From: Thermodesulfobacteriota bacterium
GTDB taxonomy: Bacteria; Desulfobacterota; Desulfarculia; JACQYL01
Length of the DNA stretch: 64,000 nt
Assembly (NCBI GenBank): GCA_963675595.2
Contig: CAXXLZ010000002.1
Coordinates: 2,688,001 to 2,752,000, forward strand
Direction of reading: 5' to 3'
In this document: piece by piece, positions 38,867 through 49,806 of the stretch
Position numbering within the stretch: position 1 is the first letter of the stretch
How the letters are laid out: every line of letters starts with the position of its first letter
Notes under the pieces: generated by a model
The model's database searches: none
What the model saw: only the letters and a program-made list of their open reading frames with translations
Told to the model about the DNA's origin: nothing
Program-made: the position numbers and the translations under genes

Positions 38867-39364
38867 TCACTTGTATTCCTGTTTGTAGTCGGGGAACAGC
38901 AGCTTGCTTGTCTCATTGGGGGCCAGCAGGCACTCATTTAATAGTTCCTTGCCGCGCTCTTCGGAAACTTCCGGTAGAAAGAGATAGCTTCCCATCCAGA
39001 CGTAGTTGACATACACATAGTGAACTTTGTCCGCCTTTAAATTGAACTCGCCGGTTTGGTCCACCCCGCATTCTTCGCCGCCGACCCTCAAACGACGTTC
39101 CCCGGGATCTGAAAGAATGATTGAATACGAGCCGGGCGGCAGCATCCCCGCGGGGATATCGTCCAGCCGAATTTCCATGTTGCAGTCCGGATAGCCGATA
39201 CTCGGCCTGATAACATAGATCAACGAAGTGCCTCTCGGCGGTTTCACATCTTCCGCGAGCAGTTCGAGCCGGGAAGAAACGTCCGGTCGCGGTCCCATTG
39301 CGCATGAGACAAGACCCAACAAAAGACTGATCCCGACTAGCCCTTTCAGCAAAGCTGTTTTCAT
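38867..39364 (-). CDS. Lipoprotein (DUF2846-like)
   Basis: Lipobox LVSC; SLIYVIRP; LPEVSEERGKELL. Confidence 0.7.
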   Translation of the reverse strand: MKTALLKGLVGISLLLGLVSCAMGPRPDVSSRLELLAEDVKPPRGTSLIYVIRPSIGYPDCNMEIRLDDIPAGMLPPGSYSIILSDPGERRLRVGGEECGVDQTGEFNLKADKVHYVYVNYVWMGSYLFLPEVSEERGKELLNECLLAPNETSKLLFPDYKQEYK

Positions 39365-39548
39365 GCATCTGCCCATTTGAATTCTCCTTGACGATTCGAC
39401 TCGGACGGAACGTCGCTCCGCTTGCCGACCGGACCTCACCCGAAATCCGAGGCAATGCCTCGACGACCGGCGTTGTACATAGGAGCCGCCGCTCTAAAAA
39501 TCCTTGGTCCGAATAAAGGTACCCGCAGGTTTGGTCGGACTCATCGTC

Positions 39549-39706
39549 CTGGCAGGCCGTTGAAAAACGCGATCTGCGGCGTTGCGCTTCATCCCTCGTC
39601 ACTGCGACGTACTCTATGGACGTCTCATTCCTCGGGATTTGCGCGCCTTGCATGTCATCGTTTTTCATCAACCTGTGGCAACCGGCTTTTTTCAACGGGC
39701 TGCCAG
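39549..39706. repeat. Palindromic MITE-like repeat, copy 2 (with nested extra inverted repeat)
   Basis: CTGGCAGGCCGTTGAAAAA / TTTTTCAACGGGCTGCCAG; core AAAAACGCGATCTGCGGCGTTGCGCTTCATCCCTCGTCAC...CCTCGGGATTTGCGCGCC shared with copy 1. Confidence 0.85.
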
Positions 39707-40192
39707 AGTAATCATTACGGGGGGAACTTCCTGAGAAGTGTTCTCCCGTTGACCCTGCGGACAAGATCGGCTTACGGGCATTATAACCGATGCGCCGTTC
39801 GCGCGGAACTATGCTGGAAAGACGCCTTAGGATCAACCGCTTTTGCGTCGGCCTCGTGACAACTTGATTGCATTTGTGTTTCCTCGGGACGGAGCACTCC
39901 CTCCATGGATTCAAGCCCTATGGGAGGAGGCATGAGAGGCGAAGCACCATTTACCCGCGCAAAAACAAGAGGCTAAGGCACCCCACTGCTCCAGGGGATG
40001 ACCCGAGCATCGAATTCGGTAGTAACGGTTGGGATAAAATTGAATGCGGAAAGGCGAATGAACGCTTGTGATTGGAGTTCATGGATTCGGCCCCGGCAAG
40101 GCGCAACAATGTCTTGTCACTCACCGCGGCGAATTATAGACTAACCCTCACTCATTACGGAGTTGGATGGTTCCGTTATTGAAGAATCCGAC

Positions 40193-40384
40193 TCATGCAG
40201 AGCCCGGGATCTTCTCCTGCGAACGTTGGGAGGTTTCCCAATAGGCCCGGAACAGGTCGTCTTGCCCGGTAGTCCGTGTCATCCGTCCTCCGCACGAGGT
40301 ACAACTGACGGTATGATCGTCAACCCCGGCGATCCGACTTTCAGTAAGGCTACATTTTTCACAATGGTACTGGTAGAATGGCAT
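40193..40384 (-). CDS. FmdB-family zinc-ribbon protein
   Basis: MPFYQYHCEKC...CTSCGGRMTR; RBS GGGAG. Confidence 0.8.
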   Translation of the reverse strand: MPFYQYHCEKCSLTESRIAGVDDHTVSCTSCGGRMTRTTGQDDLFRAYWETSQRSQEKIPGSA

Positions 40385-40586
40385 ATCGCTCTCCCTGAAA
40401 AAAGGAAAAGTTTCTTTGATTTAAGAATAAAACAACTCACATGGAATGTCAACAATCATATCCACATCCGTTTTTCCGAGATACAACAAACCAATCCCGA
40501 TCAATAAAAATAGCTCAAAGGCTCATTCGGATGACCTCCAGGAGGCACCGAGAGCGCTCGCGGCCCATGGCCGAGAGGGGGACCTA

Positions 40587-40627
40587 TTGACGAGCGAGCA
40601 ACCGTGATATATAAGACCTTATATATC
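40587..40627 (+). promoter_or_regulatory. Sigma70 promoter of the Rrf2 gene overlapped by a perfect palindromic operator
   Basis: TTGACG-17 nt-TATAAG; GATATATAAG-ac-CTTATATATC (40606-40627). Confidence 0.7.
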
Positions 40628-40721
40628 CTCTTGACGTGACGCAAGTGCGGCGGCCCGGCCCGTCGCCCATCCAAGGACCCGGAAGACGACTCCGAACCGA
40701 GAGTCAAGGACTTAAACGCTT

Positions 40722-41147
40722 ATGAGACTCACGCGCGCTGGAGAATACGCCGTCCGTTGCGTACTTTATCTTTGCGGAAAGCCCCCCGGAGAGCTCGTCA
40801 AACGCAGAGCCGTGTCGGAGGAGATGGACGTACCCTTTGAATTCATGGGAAAGATCGCCCAAGATCTGGCAAAGAGAGGCATTCTCGAAATCGTCCAGGG
40901 ATCCAGGGGTGGATTTCGACTTCTTCGATCCCCGGAGGAGATTTCCCTGCTCGACGTTGTCGAGGCCGTTATGGGTGATATTCCTCTGAACGATTGCGTT
41001 GTGCGCCCGGATTCGTGCCGACGCAGCACCACGTGCACCGTTCACCAGGTCTGGAAAGACGCGCGGACACAGCTGCGCCGGACCCTTAAGGAAGCGACCT
41101 TTGCCAAGATGATTCGAGAAGGGACCTGTCTGAACGACGCCCACTGA
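40722..41147 (+). CDS. Rrf2-family Fe-S transcriptional regulator
   Basis: MRLTRAGEYAVR, GSRGGFRL, ISLLDVVEAV, three-Cys motif DC-x6-C-x5-C-TVH. Confidence 0.93.
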   Translation: MRLTRAGEYAVRCVLYLCGKPPGELVKRRAVSEEMDVPFEFMGKIAQDLAKRGILEIVQGSRGGFRLLRSPEEISLLDVVEAVMGDIPLNDCVVRPDSCRRSTTCTVHQVWKDARTQLRRTLKEATFAKMIREGTCLNDAH

Positions 41148-41528
41148 CCTTACTTCGCCCCCCCCTCTCCGTTCCCCAAAAATGGAGCGTTCACCTGATG
41201 GACGAAATTTGCACGACCATGTTACGCATTTAGGCTAGGCTCAAGATTGTCTTTGGCGAACGGTCATGAAGATCGGTTCGGTGCACCGGGCGAGCCGCCT
41301 GCGAGGATTCATAAACGTCCAAACAACGCTGTTCGCCCGCTTGACAGCGGTCTGAACCGGCCCTAGGGTTAAGGGTATCGGACTGCACGCAACATGGGCA
41401 AGAGCTTCCGATCCGAATACTACACATCGCGTTAACGGTTCACGCACATTCGCGGCCGATGATCGGTTACGCACATTTATTTCATCAAGAATCTCAATAT
41501 GAATCGACCAGCATGAAGGAGGAACTCA

Positions 41529-42104
41529 ATGGCTACACTTAAGGGGAGTCTCACGGAAAAGAACCTTCTCACCGCTTTTGCCGGTGAGTCTCAGGCACGA
41601 AACCGCTACACCTACTTTTCGAGCCAAGCGAGAAAGGAAGGCCTTGTCCAAATCGCCATGATTTTTGAAGAAACGGCCAACCAGGAGAAAGAACACGCCA
41701 AGAGGTTTTTCAGTCACCTTCAGGGGGGTGAGGTCGAGGTACAGGCCGGTTTTCCCGCCGGTGTAGTCGGTTCCACAGGGAACAATCTAAGAGCCGCGGC
41801 GGAAGGCGAACATTACGAATGGACCGAAATGTACCCCAACTTCGCCAAGATCGCTCATGAAGAGGGTTTCGAGCCCGTGGCCAAGATGTTCGAGTATATT
41901 TCCGTAGCCGAAAAACAGCATGAGAAGAGATATCTCGACTTATTGTCCAACGTGGAAAGCGGAAGAGTCTTCAAACGAAGTGAACCCGTTGTCTGGCGGT
42001 GCATCAATTGCGGCTATCTCCATGAAGGCCCGGAAGCACCCGCTACGTGTCCCGCTTGCGCCCATCCCCAAGCGTATTACGAGCTACTGGGAGAAAACTG
42101 GTAG
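41529..42104 (+). CDS. rbr: Rubrerythrin
   Basis: AFAGESQARNRY, EKEHA, AEKQHE, WRCINCGY...CPACAHP. Confidence 0.96.
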   Translation: MATLKGSLTEKNLLTAFAGESQARNRYTYFSSQARKEGLVQIAMIFEETANQEKEHAKRFFSHLQGGEVEVQAGFPAGVVGSTGNNLRAAAEGEHYEWTEMYPNFAKIAHEEGFEPVAKMFEYISVAEKQHEKRYLDLLSNVESGRVFKRSEPVVWRCINCGYLHEGPEAPATCPACAHPQAYYELLGENW

Positions 42105-42162
42105 AGTTCGATCAAGCGCGCAACGGCACCAAACCTAACAACGAATTGCATCGGGAGGCCAT

Positions 42163-42678
42163 ATGAAAGAGAGAACGGGTATCATTACCATGAAGGGAAA
42201 TCCTCTGACCCTGTTGGGGGACGAAATCAAGGTCGGCGAAGCTGCGCCGGATTTCGAATCCTTGAATACCGATTTGGCTCCGGTAAAGCTGTCGGACTTC
42301 CGAGGCAAGATCGTCGTGCTCTCGTCCGTTCCTTCCCTGGACACCCCGGTGTGCGATCTGGAAACCCGACGCTTCAACCAGGAAGCCGCCGACCTGAGTT
42401 CCGACGTTACGATAATCACCATCAGCATGGATCTTCCGTTCGCGCAGAAGCGCTGGTGCGGCGCTTCGGGCGTGGACAAGGTGCTTACGCTTTCGGACCA
42501 CAGGGACGCCCAATTCGGCACCCGATACGGGCTGCTGATTAAGGAGTTGAGACTGCTGGCCAGGAACGTTCTCGTCATTGATCGTGAGGGAGTGGTGCGT
42601 TATGCGCAACTAGTAAACGAGGTCACCCAAGAACCCGATTACGGCGCCGTCATCGGCGCGGTCAAAGCCCTCGGATAG
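42163..42678 (+). CDS. tpx: Thiol peroxidase
   Basis: PSLDTPVC, SMDLPFAQKRWC, EPDY. Confidence 0.95.
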   Translation: MKERTGIITMKGNPLTLLGDEIKVGEAAPDFESLNTDLAPVKLSDFRGKIVVLSSVPSLDTPVCDLETRRFNQEAADLSSDVTIITISMDLPFAQKRWCGASGVDKVLTLSDHRDAQFGTRYGLLIKELRLLARNVLVIDREGVVRYAQLVNEVTQEPDYGAVIGAVKALG

Positions 42679-42959
42679 GTTTCCGAGGCGGAGGGCTCCC
42701 TTCAGACGAAGCGGTTCGGCGTGTCTTTGAGCCCGGATTGAGCTCGCCGTTCCCTTTGAGGAGCCGACACGCGAACCGGCCCGAGGAATACCGGTTCTCC
42801 GGCGGTCCCGCGAAGAGTGCGCTGAAGTGAGACTCTGCGATTTCGAAAAAAGGAGCCTTTGACCGGCCAAACCATATTTCGATCAGAATTCAGAGTCTCA
42901 GATCGCGTTTAGACAAGGACTACCGGGTAACAGCGCCCATTCTATTAAGGAGGTATTCA

Positions 42960-43337
42960 ATGCCCGAAAAACTGGAAATCTACAAGTGTGAAGTCTGTGG
43001 GAACATCGTCGAGGTCATCCATGCCGGAGGCGGCGAATTGGTCTGCTGCGAAAAGCCCATGAAGCTTTTCAAAGAAAACACCGTGGACGCCGCCAAGGAA
43101 AAACACGTCCCCGTGATCGAAAAGGTCGAGGGCGGGATCAAAGTCAAGGTGGGCAGCGTGGCACACCCCATGGAAGAAAAACATTACATCGAGTGGATCG
43201 AGGTGGTCGACAACAAGAACAACGCGTACCGCCATTTTCTGAATCCCGGGGACGCTCCCGAGGCATTCTTCTGCATCGACCCCGAGGGCGTTGTCGCGCG
43301 GGAATACTGTAACATGCACGGCCTTTGGAAAGGATAA
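42960..43337 (+). CDS. dfx: Desulfoferrodoxin (superoxide reductase)
   Basis: CEVCGN, CC, EKHVP, HPM..KHYIEWI, YCNMHG. Confidence 0.96.
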   Translation: MPEKLEIYKCEVCGNIVEVIHAGGGELVCCEKPMKLFKENTVDAAKEKHVPVIEKVEGGIKVKVGSVAHPMEEKHYIEWIEVVDNKNNAYRHFLNPGDAPEAFFCIDPEGVVAREYCNMHGLWKG

Positions 43338-43342
43338 AACGC

Positions 43343-43858
43343 ATGATCAGCGACAAGATGCAGGGGGCGATCAACGAACAGATCAAGTGGGAGTTTTATT
43401 CCGCCTACCTCTATCTTTCCATGGCGGCCTATTTCAAAGACAAGAATCTGCCGGGTTTCGCCAACTGGATGATGGTGCAGGCACAGGAGGAAACTACTCA
43501 CGCCATGAAGTTCTACAACTTCCTTTGTGACCGAGGAGGCAAAGTGCAGCTTCAGGCGGTGGACGGCCCTCCGGTGGAATGGTCGAGCATTCCGGCCGTG
43601 TTCGAGGAAACACTGAATCACGAACGTCACGTAACCCAAAGAATCAACGGATTGATGGATCAGGCCATTTCCGAGAACGATCACGCCACGCGTATCTTTC
43701 TCCAGTGGTTTGTGACGGAACAGGTAGAAGAAGAGGCCTCCGTTGATGAGCTTCTAAAGAAATTGAAGCTCATGGGGGACGGGGGAAATGGTTTGTTCAT
43801 GCTGGATCGGGAACTGGCGGGGCGAGTATTCAATCCTCCCGCCCCCGCCGCCCAATGA
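43343..43858 (+). CDS. ftnA: Non-heme ferritin
   Basis: [35 protein letters not shown]. Confidence 0.93.
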   Translation: MISDKMQGAINEQIKWEFYSAYLYLSMAAYFKDKNLPGFANWMMVQAQEETTHAMKFYNFLCDRGGKVQLQAVDGPPVEWSSIPAVFEETLNHERHVTQRINGLMDQAISENDHATRIFLQWFVTEQVEEEASVDELLKKLKLMGDGGNGLFMLDRELAGRVFNPPAPAAQ

Positions 43859-43864
43859 CCTCGG

Positions 43865-43892
43865 GGGGAAGGGCCGCCGCGGCCTTTCCCCT
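43865..43892 (+). terminator. GC-rich hairpin after the ferritin gene
   Basis: GGGGAAGGGCCGC-c-GCGGCCTTTCCCC inverted repeat. Confidence 0.5.
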
Positions 43893-43932
43893 TCATTTCA
43901 AGCGACTCGATGCTTGGGATATGGAGAATGCA

Positions 43933-44145
43933 ATGGCCGAGCCGGAAGAGATGTATCAATGTCAGACGGTGAATTGCGGGTTCATCTACGACCCCGACAA
44001 AGGGGTTCGAAAGACCAAGATTCCCAAGGGGACTCGTTTCCAGGACCTGCCCGATGATGAAAAGATCTGCCCTGTCTGTGGCGCGAGCAAGAAGGCGTTC
44101 CGTCCGTTGGCCGGACCAGGTTCCGTAAAGGAACAAGATCGATAG
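43933..44145 (+). CDS. Rubredoxin (Cx4C type)
   Basis: [12 protein letters not shown]...FQDLP...CPVCGA. Confidence 0.9.
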   Translation: MAEPEEMYQCQTVNCGFIYDPDKGVRKTKIPKGTRFQDLPDDEKICPVCGASKKAFRPLAGPGSVKEQDR

Positions 44146-44165
44146 ACTGAAAAGAGCTCTGCGAA

Positions 44166-45815
44166 ATGTTCAAATCCGTTCTTGTCTGTTTCCTGGTTTT
44201 GGTCGGCTCGGCTATTGCCTCCGCCACGGAGCCCGTGGTCGGCGCGGACACGGACCAATGCCTCTCCTGCCATCTATCGGCCACGCCCGGAATCGTTTCG
44301 GACTGGAAAAAGAGCCGACATGCGCGGGTTTCTCCTTCCGAAGTCCGGAGACGGTCCAGGATCGAGAAAAGGGTCTCCGCCGTCACCTTTCCGGAGGAGG
44401 TGCTGGACACGGTTGTCGGGTGCGCCGAATGCCATACGCTCAACCGTGAGTCGCACCCCGACACGTTCGACCATAACGGTTTTCTCATTCATACCGTGGT
44501 ATCACCCAAAGATTGCGCCGTATGCCACCCCGTTGAGGAGTATCAATACGGATTCAATCTCATGGCGCACGCCTACGGAAACCTGATGAACAATCCTGTC
44601 TATCGGCATCTCGCCCACTCCATCAACGCCGAGGTGGAGCCGGCGCCCGATGAAGGCAAGACCCTGCTCAAACCCGAAGACCCTTTGACCAACGAGGACT
44701 CTTGTCTCGTATGCCACGGCACCGTGGTCAAAATGACCGGTCTGAGGACCGTGAACACGATACAGGGCGAGATGGACTTGCCGGTGTTGGAGGGATGGCC
44801 CAACCTGGGAACGGGAAGGATCAATCCCGACGGAAGCAAAGGAGCCTGTACCCCCTGCCATTCGAGACACCAGTTTTCCATCGAGCTCGCGAGAAAGCCT
44901 TACGCCTGCGCCAAATGTCACATCGGTCCCGATGTTCCCGTCTACAAAGTCTATTTCGCAAGCAAACACGGCAACGTGTTCGACGCTTTGGAACATAAAT
45001 GGGATTTCGATGCGGTGCCCTGGACCGTGGGTCGCGATTTCAACGCCCCCACCTGCTCGGTTTGCCACGTGAGTCTGCTGGTGAACGACGACGGAGAAGT
45101 ACTGGCCGAGCGGACTCATCAGATGAACGACCGCAAAGCCTGGCGGCTTTTCGGCCTGATTTACGCTCATCCCGAGCCCAAGTCTCCGGATACCACGGTG
45201 ATCAGAAACTCGGCGGACCTGCCTTTGCCCACGGACTTTTCAGGAGAACCCGCCTCGACTTATCTGATCTCCAAGGAGGAACAGGAAGCGCGCCGGGACC
45301 GAATGCAGCGGGTGTGCTTGGGCTGCCACGGCACCACATGGGTTTCAGGCCATTTCAAAAGACTGGACCACACCCTGGATACTACGAATGCCATGACCCT
45401 CGCGTCGACCAAAATCATGGAAAAGGCCTGGGCCGAAGGCCTTGTTTCCGGACCTGCTCGTGGGGACGGTCTTTTCAACGAGGGAATGGAGAAAAAGTGG
45501 ATGGAGCAATGGCTCTTCTACGCCAACTCCACGCGTTTCGCCTCGGCGATGATGGGAGCTGATTACGGGGTGTTCGCCGATGGCCGCTGGTCCATGAGTA
45601 AAAATGTACAGGAACTTGTCGACCAATTACGACTGAAGTCGGCTTTAGCGGCCTCTGCTCGAAAAGACGCAAAACGGGCCGCCGAACAGAGTGTGGAGGC
45701 GGCCGTTTCCCGGGATACCGAGGAAACGACGGCATCCGAATCCGGCAACAAGAAAGCCTCGGAAACGGAAGATGCCGCGGCCACGGAGAACAACACTCAG
45801 AGGAGGAAGAAGTAG
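44166..45815 (+). CDS. Octaheme cytochrome c (HAO-like)
   Basis: Signal peptide; 8 CxxCH motifs (CLSCH, CAECH, CAVCH, CLVCH, CTPCH, CAKCH, CSVCH, CLGCH); CHSRHQF, SKHG, APTC. Confidence 0.9.
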   Translation: MFKSVLVCFLVLVGSAIASATEPVVGADTDQCLSCHLSATPGIVSDWKKSRHARVSPSEVRRRSRIEKRVSAVTFPEEVLDTVVGCAECHTLNRESHPDTFDHNGFLIHTVVSPKDCAVCHPVEEYQYGFNLMAHAYGNLMNNPVYRHLAHSINAEVEPAPDEGKTLLKPEDPLTNEDSCLVCHGTVVKMTGLRTVNTIQGEMDLPVLEGWPNLGTGRINPDGSKGACTPCHSRHQFSIELARKPYACAKCHIGPDVPVYKVYFASKHGNVFDALEHKWDFDAVPWTVGRDFNAPTCSVCHVSLLVNDDGEVLAERTHQMNDRKAWRLFGLIYAHPEPKSPDTTVIRNSADLPLPTDFSGEPASTYLISKEEQEARRDRMQRVCLGCHGTTWVSGHFKRLDHTLDTTNAMTLASTKIMEKAWAEGLVSGPARGDGLFNEGMEKKWMEQWLFYANSTRFASAMMGADYGVFADGRWSMSKNVQELVDQLRLKSALAASARKDAKRAAEQSVEAAVSRDTEETTASESGNKKASETEDAAATENNTQRRKK

Positions 45816-45982
45816 TGGAAGAAAACAGCTGGAAGTGCACGAAATGCGGGTACACCTTGAAGGCCCTTCAGCCGCCTGAGGAATGCCCGGACTGCAAGGA
45901 AAAATGCGAGTTTGTGAACATCACCTGCTACGTCCCCGACTGTGGACAAACCGGCAGCGATCCGCGCCTCGGAAACAGCTGA
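45815..45982 (+). CDS. Small rubredoxin-like protein (absent from the ORF track)
   Basis: GTG after AGGAGG; WKCTKCGYTL...PEECPDCKEKCEFVNITCYVPDCG. Confidence 0.85.
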   Translation: MEENSWKCTKCGYTLKALQPPEECPDCKEKCEFVNITCYVPDCGQTGSDPRLGNS

Positions 45983-46123
45983 TCCTTGTCGACTCTTTTC
46001 TCAACCGGAGATACCGACGCGGATTCGGAATCCGAACGTCGGGTTGGAGGACCCGGAGTGCCCGTACATTTGGGTAGGCCGGCAGACGTTGAACCGACCA
46101 TGCCGTTAACCGGGAGACCGTAG

Positions 46124-46306
46124 ATGGACAAAATCAAATACCGAGTCAGGGCGGAATGTCCCGCATGTGCTTGCGGGGATGTCAGTTTTCTGGGTCCGGA
46201 GAAGCTCCGGGAGAAATTCATAGGCAAAGAAGAAGAAATCGAAGTTCTTTGTCCCATGTGCGGACACAAACACAAAGCCAAGGTGGAGGAGGACCGCTCC
46301 TCCTGA
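46124..46306 (+). CDS. Small two-CxxC metal-binding protein, paralog of 55787-55984
   Basis: KYRV..CPAC...CPMCGHKHK. Confidence 0.8.
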   Translation: MDKIKYRVRAECPACACGDVSFLGPEKLREKFIGKEEEIEVLCPMCGHKHKAKVEEDRSS

Positions 46307-46399
46307 CGAAATTCGTTCCGACGGGTCCGACAAGCCTCGGCGGTCCGTCCGCCGGAGCCGGTGGGTCCGAAATTCAACCTTATCATGGAGACTCTCCCC

Positions 46400-46849
46400 A
46401 TGTCTAAAGGGCTTATCGTCTATGTCGGCAGGACCGGGGAAACCGAAGCCATCGCCAATCTCATTGCCGAGGGCATGCGCATTTCCGGAGTGGAAACCGA
46501 AGTGCTCGACGGTACAAAGATCAAGAACGAATCGACATTTCAGGGTTATGACGCCGTCGTTTTGGGCTCACCGACCTACCATGGAGAAATGTTGCAGCCG
46601 ATGAAAACGCTTCTCTTTCTCGCGGAAAAAGCGGCACTCGAAGGCAAGGTGGGTGGAGCCTTCGGAGCGTTCGGTTGGAGTGGCGAAGCATCGCAGCGTA
46701 TCTACGACACAATGAATCACATTCTGAAGATGGAGATGGTTGGAAGCCCCTTGATGCTGAAATCCGCGGCACTCCAGGGCGGCATCCAAATGGCGCAGGA
46801 CTACGGTCGACAAATCGCCAAGGTGCTTTCGGCGAAGGCGTCGGCATAA
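46400..46849 (+). CDS. Flavodoxin-like protein
   Basis: GRTGETEAIA, GSPTYHG, GAFGAFGWSGEA. Confidence 0.9.
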   Translation: MSKGLIVYVGRTGETEAIANLIAEGMRISGVETEVLDGTKIKNESTFQGYDAVVLGSPTYHGEMLQPMKTLLFLAEKAALEGKVGGAFGAFGWSGEASQRIYDTMNHILKMEMVGSPLMLKSAALQGGIQMAQDYGRQIAKVLSAKASA

Positions 46850-46890
46850 ACACGATGGTTGCGTGAACACTTCACAGAGGAGGTAGTGCT

Positions 46891-47079
46891 ATGACTACGC
46901 CCCAACATTGTCCGGGTTTCGAACAGGTCAAGCAATTGAAATCATTCATCTGCAAATGCCCCAGTTGCGGACAGGAAAAGGAAATCTTCTCCGACGAGTT
47001 CGACAAGAGTCACACCTGTAAGAAGTGCGGGAAGCCCATCGATTTCACCCAATGCACTCTGGATGCGCAGGCGGGCTGA
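46891..47079 (+). CDS. Small Cys-rich zinc-ribbon protein
   Basis: RBS GGAGG; HCPG...CKCPSCG.EKEIFSDE...CKKCG...C. Confidence 0.85.
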   Translation: MTTPQHCPGFEQVKQLKSFICKCPSCGQEKEIFSDEFDKSHTCKKCGKPIDFTQCTLDAQAG

Positions 47080-47129
47080 GCCGCTCCTCACTAAGCGACG
47101 AGTGACCAAGGATAAAAAAGGAGACTTAG

Positions 47130-47288
47130 ATGGAAAAGTGGGTATGCGGGATCTGCGGGTATGTCTACGATCCGGAAGCCGGTGACCCCGCCAACGGAGC
47201 ACCTCCCGGGACCAAGTTCGAGGACCTGCCCGACGACTGGACCTGTCCCGTTTGCGGAGCAACGAAAGACCAGTTCGAGAAGCAATAG
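47130..47288 (+). CDS. Rubredoxin (absent from the ORF track)
   Basis: [20 protein letters not shown]...[20 protein letters not shown]. Confidence 0.96.
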   Translation: MEKWVCGICGYVYDPEAGDPANGAPPGTKFEDLPDDWTCPVCGATKDQFEKQ

Positions 47289-47621
47289 AATACATTGCTC
47301 GGGTCGCGGTTTTCACCTTCCTCTGCAAACCCGGTGAAAGCCGCACCATTCGCGTTCTCCCCCTCTTTGGAGGGGGAGACACCCTCCGTACCGACCCTCG
47401 GAATCCGTTCGTGCGCCGTGAGCTGCGCGTCCGATGAATTCTCTTAGGGGGGGCGGCATGTTCGGTGAGACTCAAGCCCGTCGGCCTTTGGAACGAAGGT
47501 AGGCTCGAGACGGCTGATTCTCCCTTGATGTACGTGCCCCGAGTGCGGACCGCTTTCTCGACTCGATTCAGGCGCACACCACTCCAACGGCCCCGGGTTG
47601 CCCATCCTCACAGGAGCGCTC

Positions 47622-49700
47622 ATGTCATTCAACTCGGTCCAACATAAACCGAACCGACTTGCCGGTGAAAAAAGTCCGTACCTGCTTCAGCACGCCGACA
47701 ATCCCGTAGATTGGTATCCATGGGGTCAAGAAGCATTCGACAAAGCCGCTTCGGAAAACAAGCCCGTCTTTCTATCCATCGGATACGCCACTTGCCACTG
47801 GTGCCACGTCATGGCTCACGAATCTTTCGAAGACTCTCAAGTGGCCGGGCTGCTCAACGAGTTTTTCGTTTCCGTGAAGGTGGACCGGGAGGAGCGTCCC
47901 GACGTCGATCAGTTATACATGACCGTGTGTCAGGCCCTGACCCAGAGAGGGGGTTGGCCCCTTTCCATTTTCCTCTCTCCGGACGGAAAGCCTTTTTTTG
48001 CCGGCACCTATTTCCCCAAGACGGCTCGCATGGGCATGCCGGGATTTGTGGACGTCCTCAACCAACTTGCTCGGCTGTGGAAGGAGGACCGGGGACGCAT
48101 CGAGGGAATTGGAGAGGACATCACCAAAGCCGTCCGCGCCCACGCCCTGAGGCGTTCGGAAGAGAGAACTCTTGGAGAGGAGACGCTGCAGAAAGCCTAT
48201 TCCTCTCTCGCTCGAGCCTTTGATCCAAAATTCGGGGGCTTCGGCTCCGCACCCAAGTTTCCCTCGCCGCATCAATTGACCTTCCTCATGCGTCGACACG
48301 CTCGAACGCGTGAGGATCTTGCCGCGAAGATGGTCATTGAAACGCTCGATTCCATGCGTGCCGGCGGGATATTCGACCACTTGGGTTTCGGTTTCCATCG
48401 CTACTCCGTGGATGAGCGGTGGCTGGTGCCCCATTTCGAGAAGATGCTCTACGACCAAGCGATGTTGGCCCTGGCCTATACCGAGTCTTTTCTCCTGTTC
48501 GGTAAGGAACGACATCGTAAGACCGCCGAAGAGATATTCGAATACGTACTTCGGGACATGACTTCCCCCGAAGGGGGCTTCTATTCCGCCGAAGACGCGG
48601 ATAGTGAAGGCAAAGAAGGGGTATTTTACGTCTGGAAACCGGATCAGGTGCTCGAGTCTCTCGGCGAGGAAGACGGTGAACTTTTCTGCCGTTTTTACGA
48701 CATCGGGGCCCAGGGCAACTTCGAAGAAGGTTTCAGCATACCCCATATTTCCCGTGATCTCGAAACGTTTGCTCACGTCGAAAACAGGGCCCTCTCAGAA
48801 CTCGAGGAGATTCTGGAACGCTGTCGAGGCAAGTTGTTCCGTACCCGGGAAAAGCGTGAGCACCCCCTGAAGGACGACAAGATCATCTCTTCCTGGAACG
48901 GTTTGATGGTGGCGGCTCTCGCTTGTGGAGCCCGGGCGTTCGACAATCCTCATTACGCGAAGGCGGCTTGCAGAGCGGCGGACTTCATTCTTGACCGTCT
49001 GTCGACTCCCGAGGGGAGGCTGTTTCGAAGATTCCGCGACGGGGAGCCGGCCCATGCCGGCTTTGTCGACGATTATGCGTTCATGGTTTGGGGACTTATC
49101 GAGCTTTATGAAGCAGGCTTCGACATTCGATACCTCGAAGAAGCGGTCAGGCTGAACGACCTGATGCTTGGTTTGTTTCGGGACGATTCCTCGGGAGGGC
49201 TCTTCTACTCAGGCAAGGACAACGAGGTACTGGTAGCACAGACCAAGGAACTGCATGACGGAGCGATTCCATCGGCTAATTCGGTGGCCGTTTTGAACTT
49301 GATGCGACTCGGTCGGCTTACCGGCAACGCGGAATGGGAAGCGGAAGCCGAACGGATGTTCCAAGCCTTCTCCGGAGAATTGGCGGAAGCACCCATGGCC
49401 TACACCTTTTTTATGTGTGCGCTGGACTTCAGAATAGGGCCGGTTCGTGAAATCGTCATTGCAGGCGATCCCGATACGGAAGGCGTGCGGGAATTGGCCC
49501 GAGCCGTTCGGCGTCGCTTCATGCCCAACAAGGCGCTCCTCCTCCGGCCGGATGGTCCCGCGGCGGAGAAAGTCACGGCTCTGGCCCCTTATGCGGAAAA
49601 CATGACGTCTTTGGATGGCCGTCCCACGGCCTATGTATGTGAACAATATGCCTGTCGCGCCCCGGTTCGAAACGTCGACGACCTGGAAGCGCTGCTCTGA
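47622..49700 (+). CDS. YyaL/SSP411-like thioredoxin-domain protein
   Basis: [47 protein letters not shown]. Confidence 0.93.
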   Translation: MSFNSVQHKPNRLAGEKSPYLLQHADNPVDWYPWGQEAFDKAASENKPVFLSIGYATCHWCHVMAHESFEDSQVAGLLNEFFVSVKVDREERPDVDQLYMTVCQALTQRGGWPLSIFLSPDGKPFFAGTYFPKTARMGMPGFVDVLNQLARLWKEDRGRIEGIGEDITKAVRAHALRRSEERTLGEETLQKAYSSLARAFDPKFGGFGSAPKFPSPHQLTFLMRRHARTREDLAAKMVIETLDSMRAGGIFDHLGFGFHRYSVDERWLVPHFEKMLYDQAMLALAYTESFLLFGKERHRKTAEEIFEYVLRDMTSPEGGFYSAEDADSEGKEGVFYVWKPDQVLESLGEEDGELFCRFYDIGAQGNFEEGFSIPHISRDLETFAHVENRALSELEEILERCRGKLFRTREKREHPLKDDKIISSWNGLMVAALACGARAFDNPHYAKAACRAADFILDRLSTPEGRLFRRFRDGEPAHAGFVDDYAFMVWGLIELYEAGFDIRYLEEAVRLNDLMLGLFRDDSSGGLFYSGKDNEVLVAQTKELHDGAIPSANSVAVLNLMRLGRLTGNAEWEAEAERMFQAFSGELAEAPMAYTFFMCALDFRIGPVREIVIAGDPDTEGVRELARAVRRRFMPNKALLLRPDGPAAEKVTALAPYAENMTSLDGRPTAYVCEQYACRAPVRNVDDLEALL

Positions 49701-49806
49701 AGACCCTGTGGAGAATCCGGAGCCCCCTCCCCCCACGGACCGCGGCCGCCGGCATCATTCCCAAAGACGGAAAAATGGTTACTCTCTACCTAGGGAGGTA
49801 AAAGCC

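Noticed and set aside
38934-39914. 326-aa minus-strand ORF and 39422-39859 ORF
   Set aside because: They run through the MITE-like repeat, overlap the lipoprotein gene and show no protein motifs
41437-41477. Imperfect direct repeat GGTT(C)ACGCACATT upstream of rbr
   Set aside because: Only two short copies with no match to a motif I can name; insufficient support
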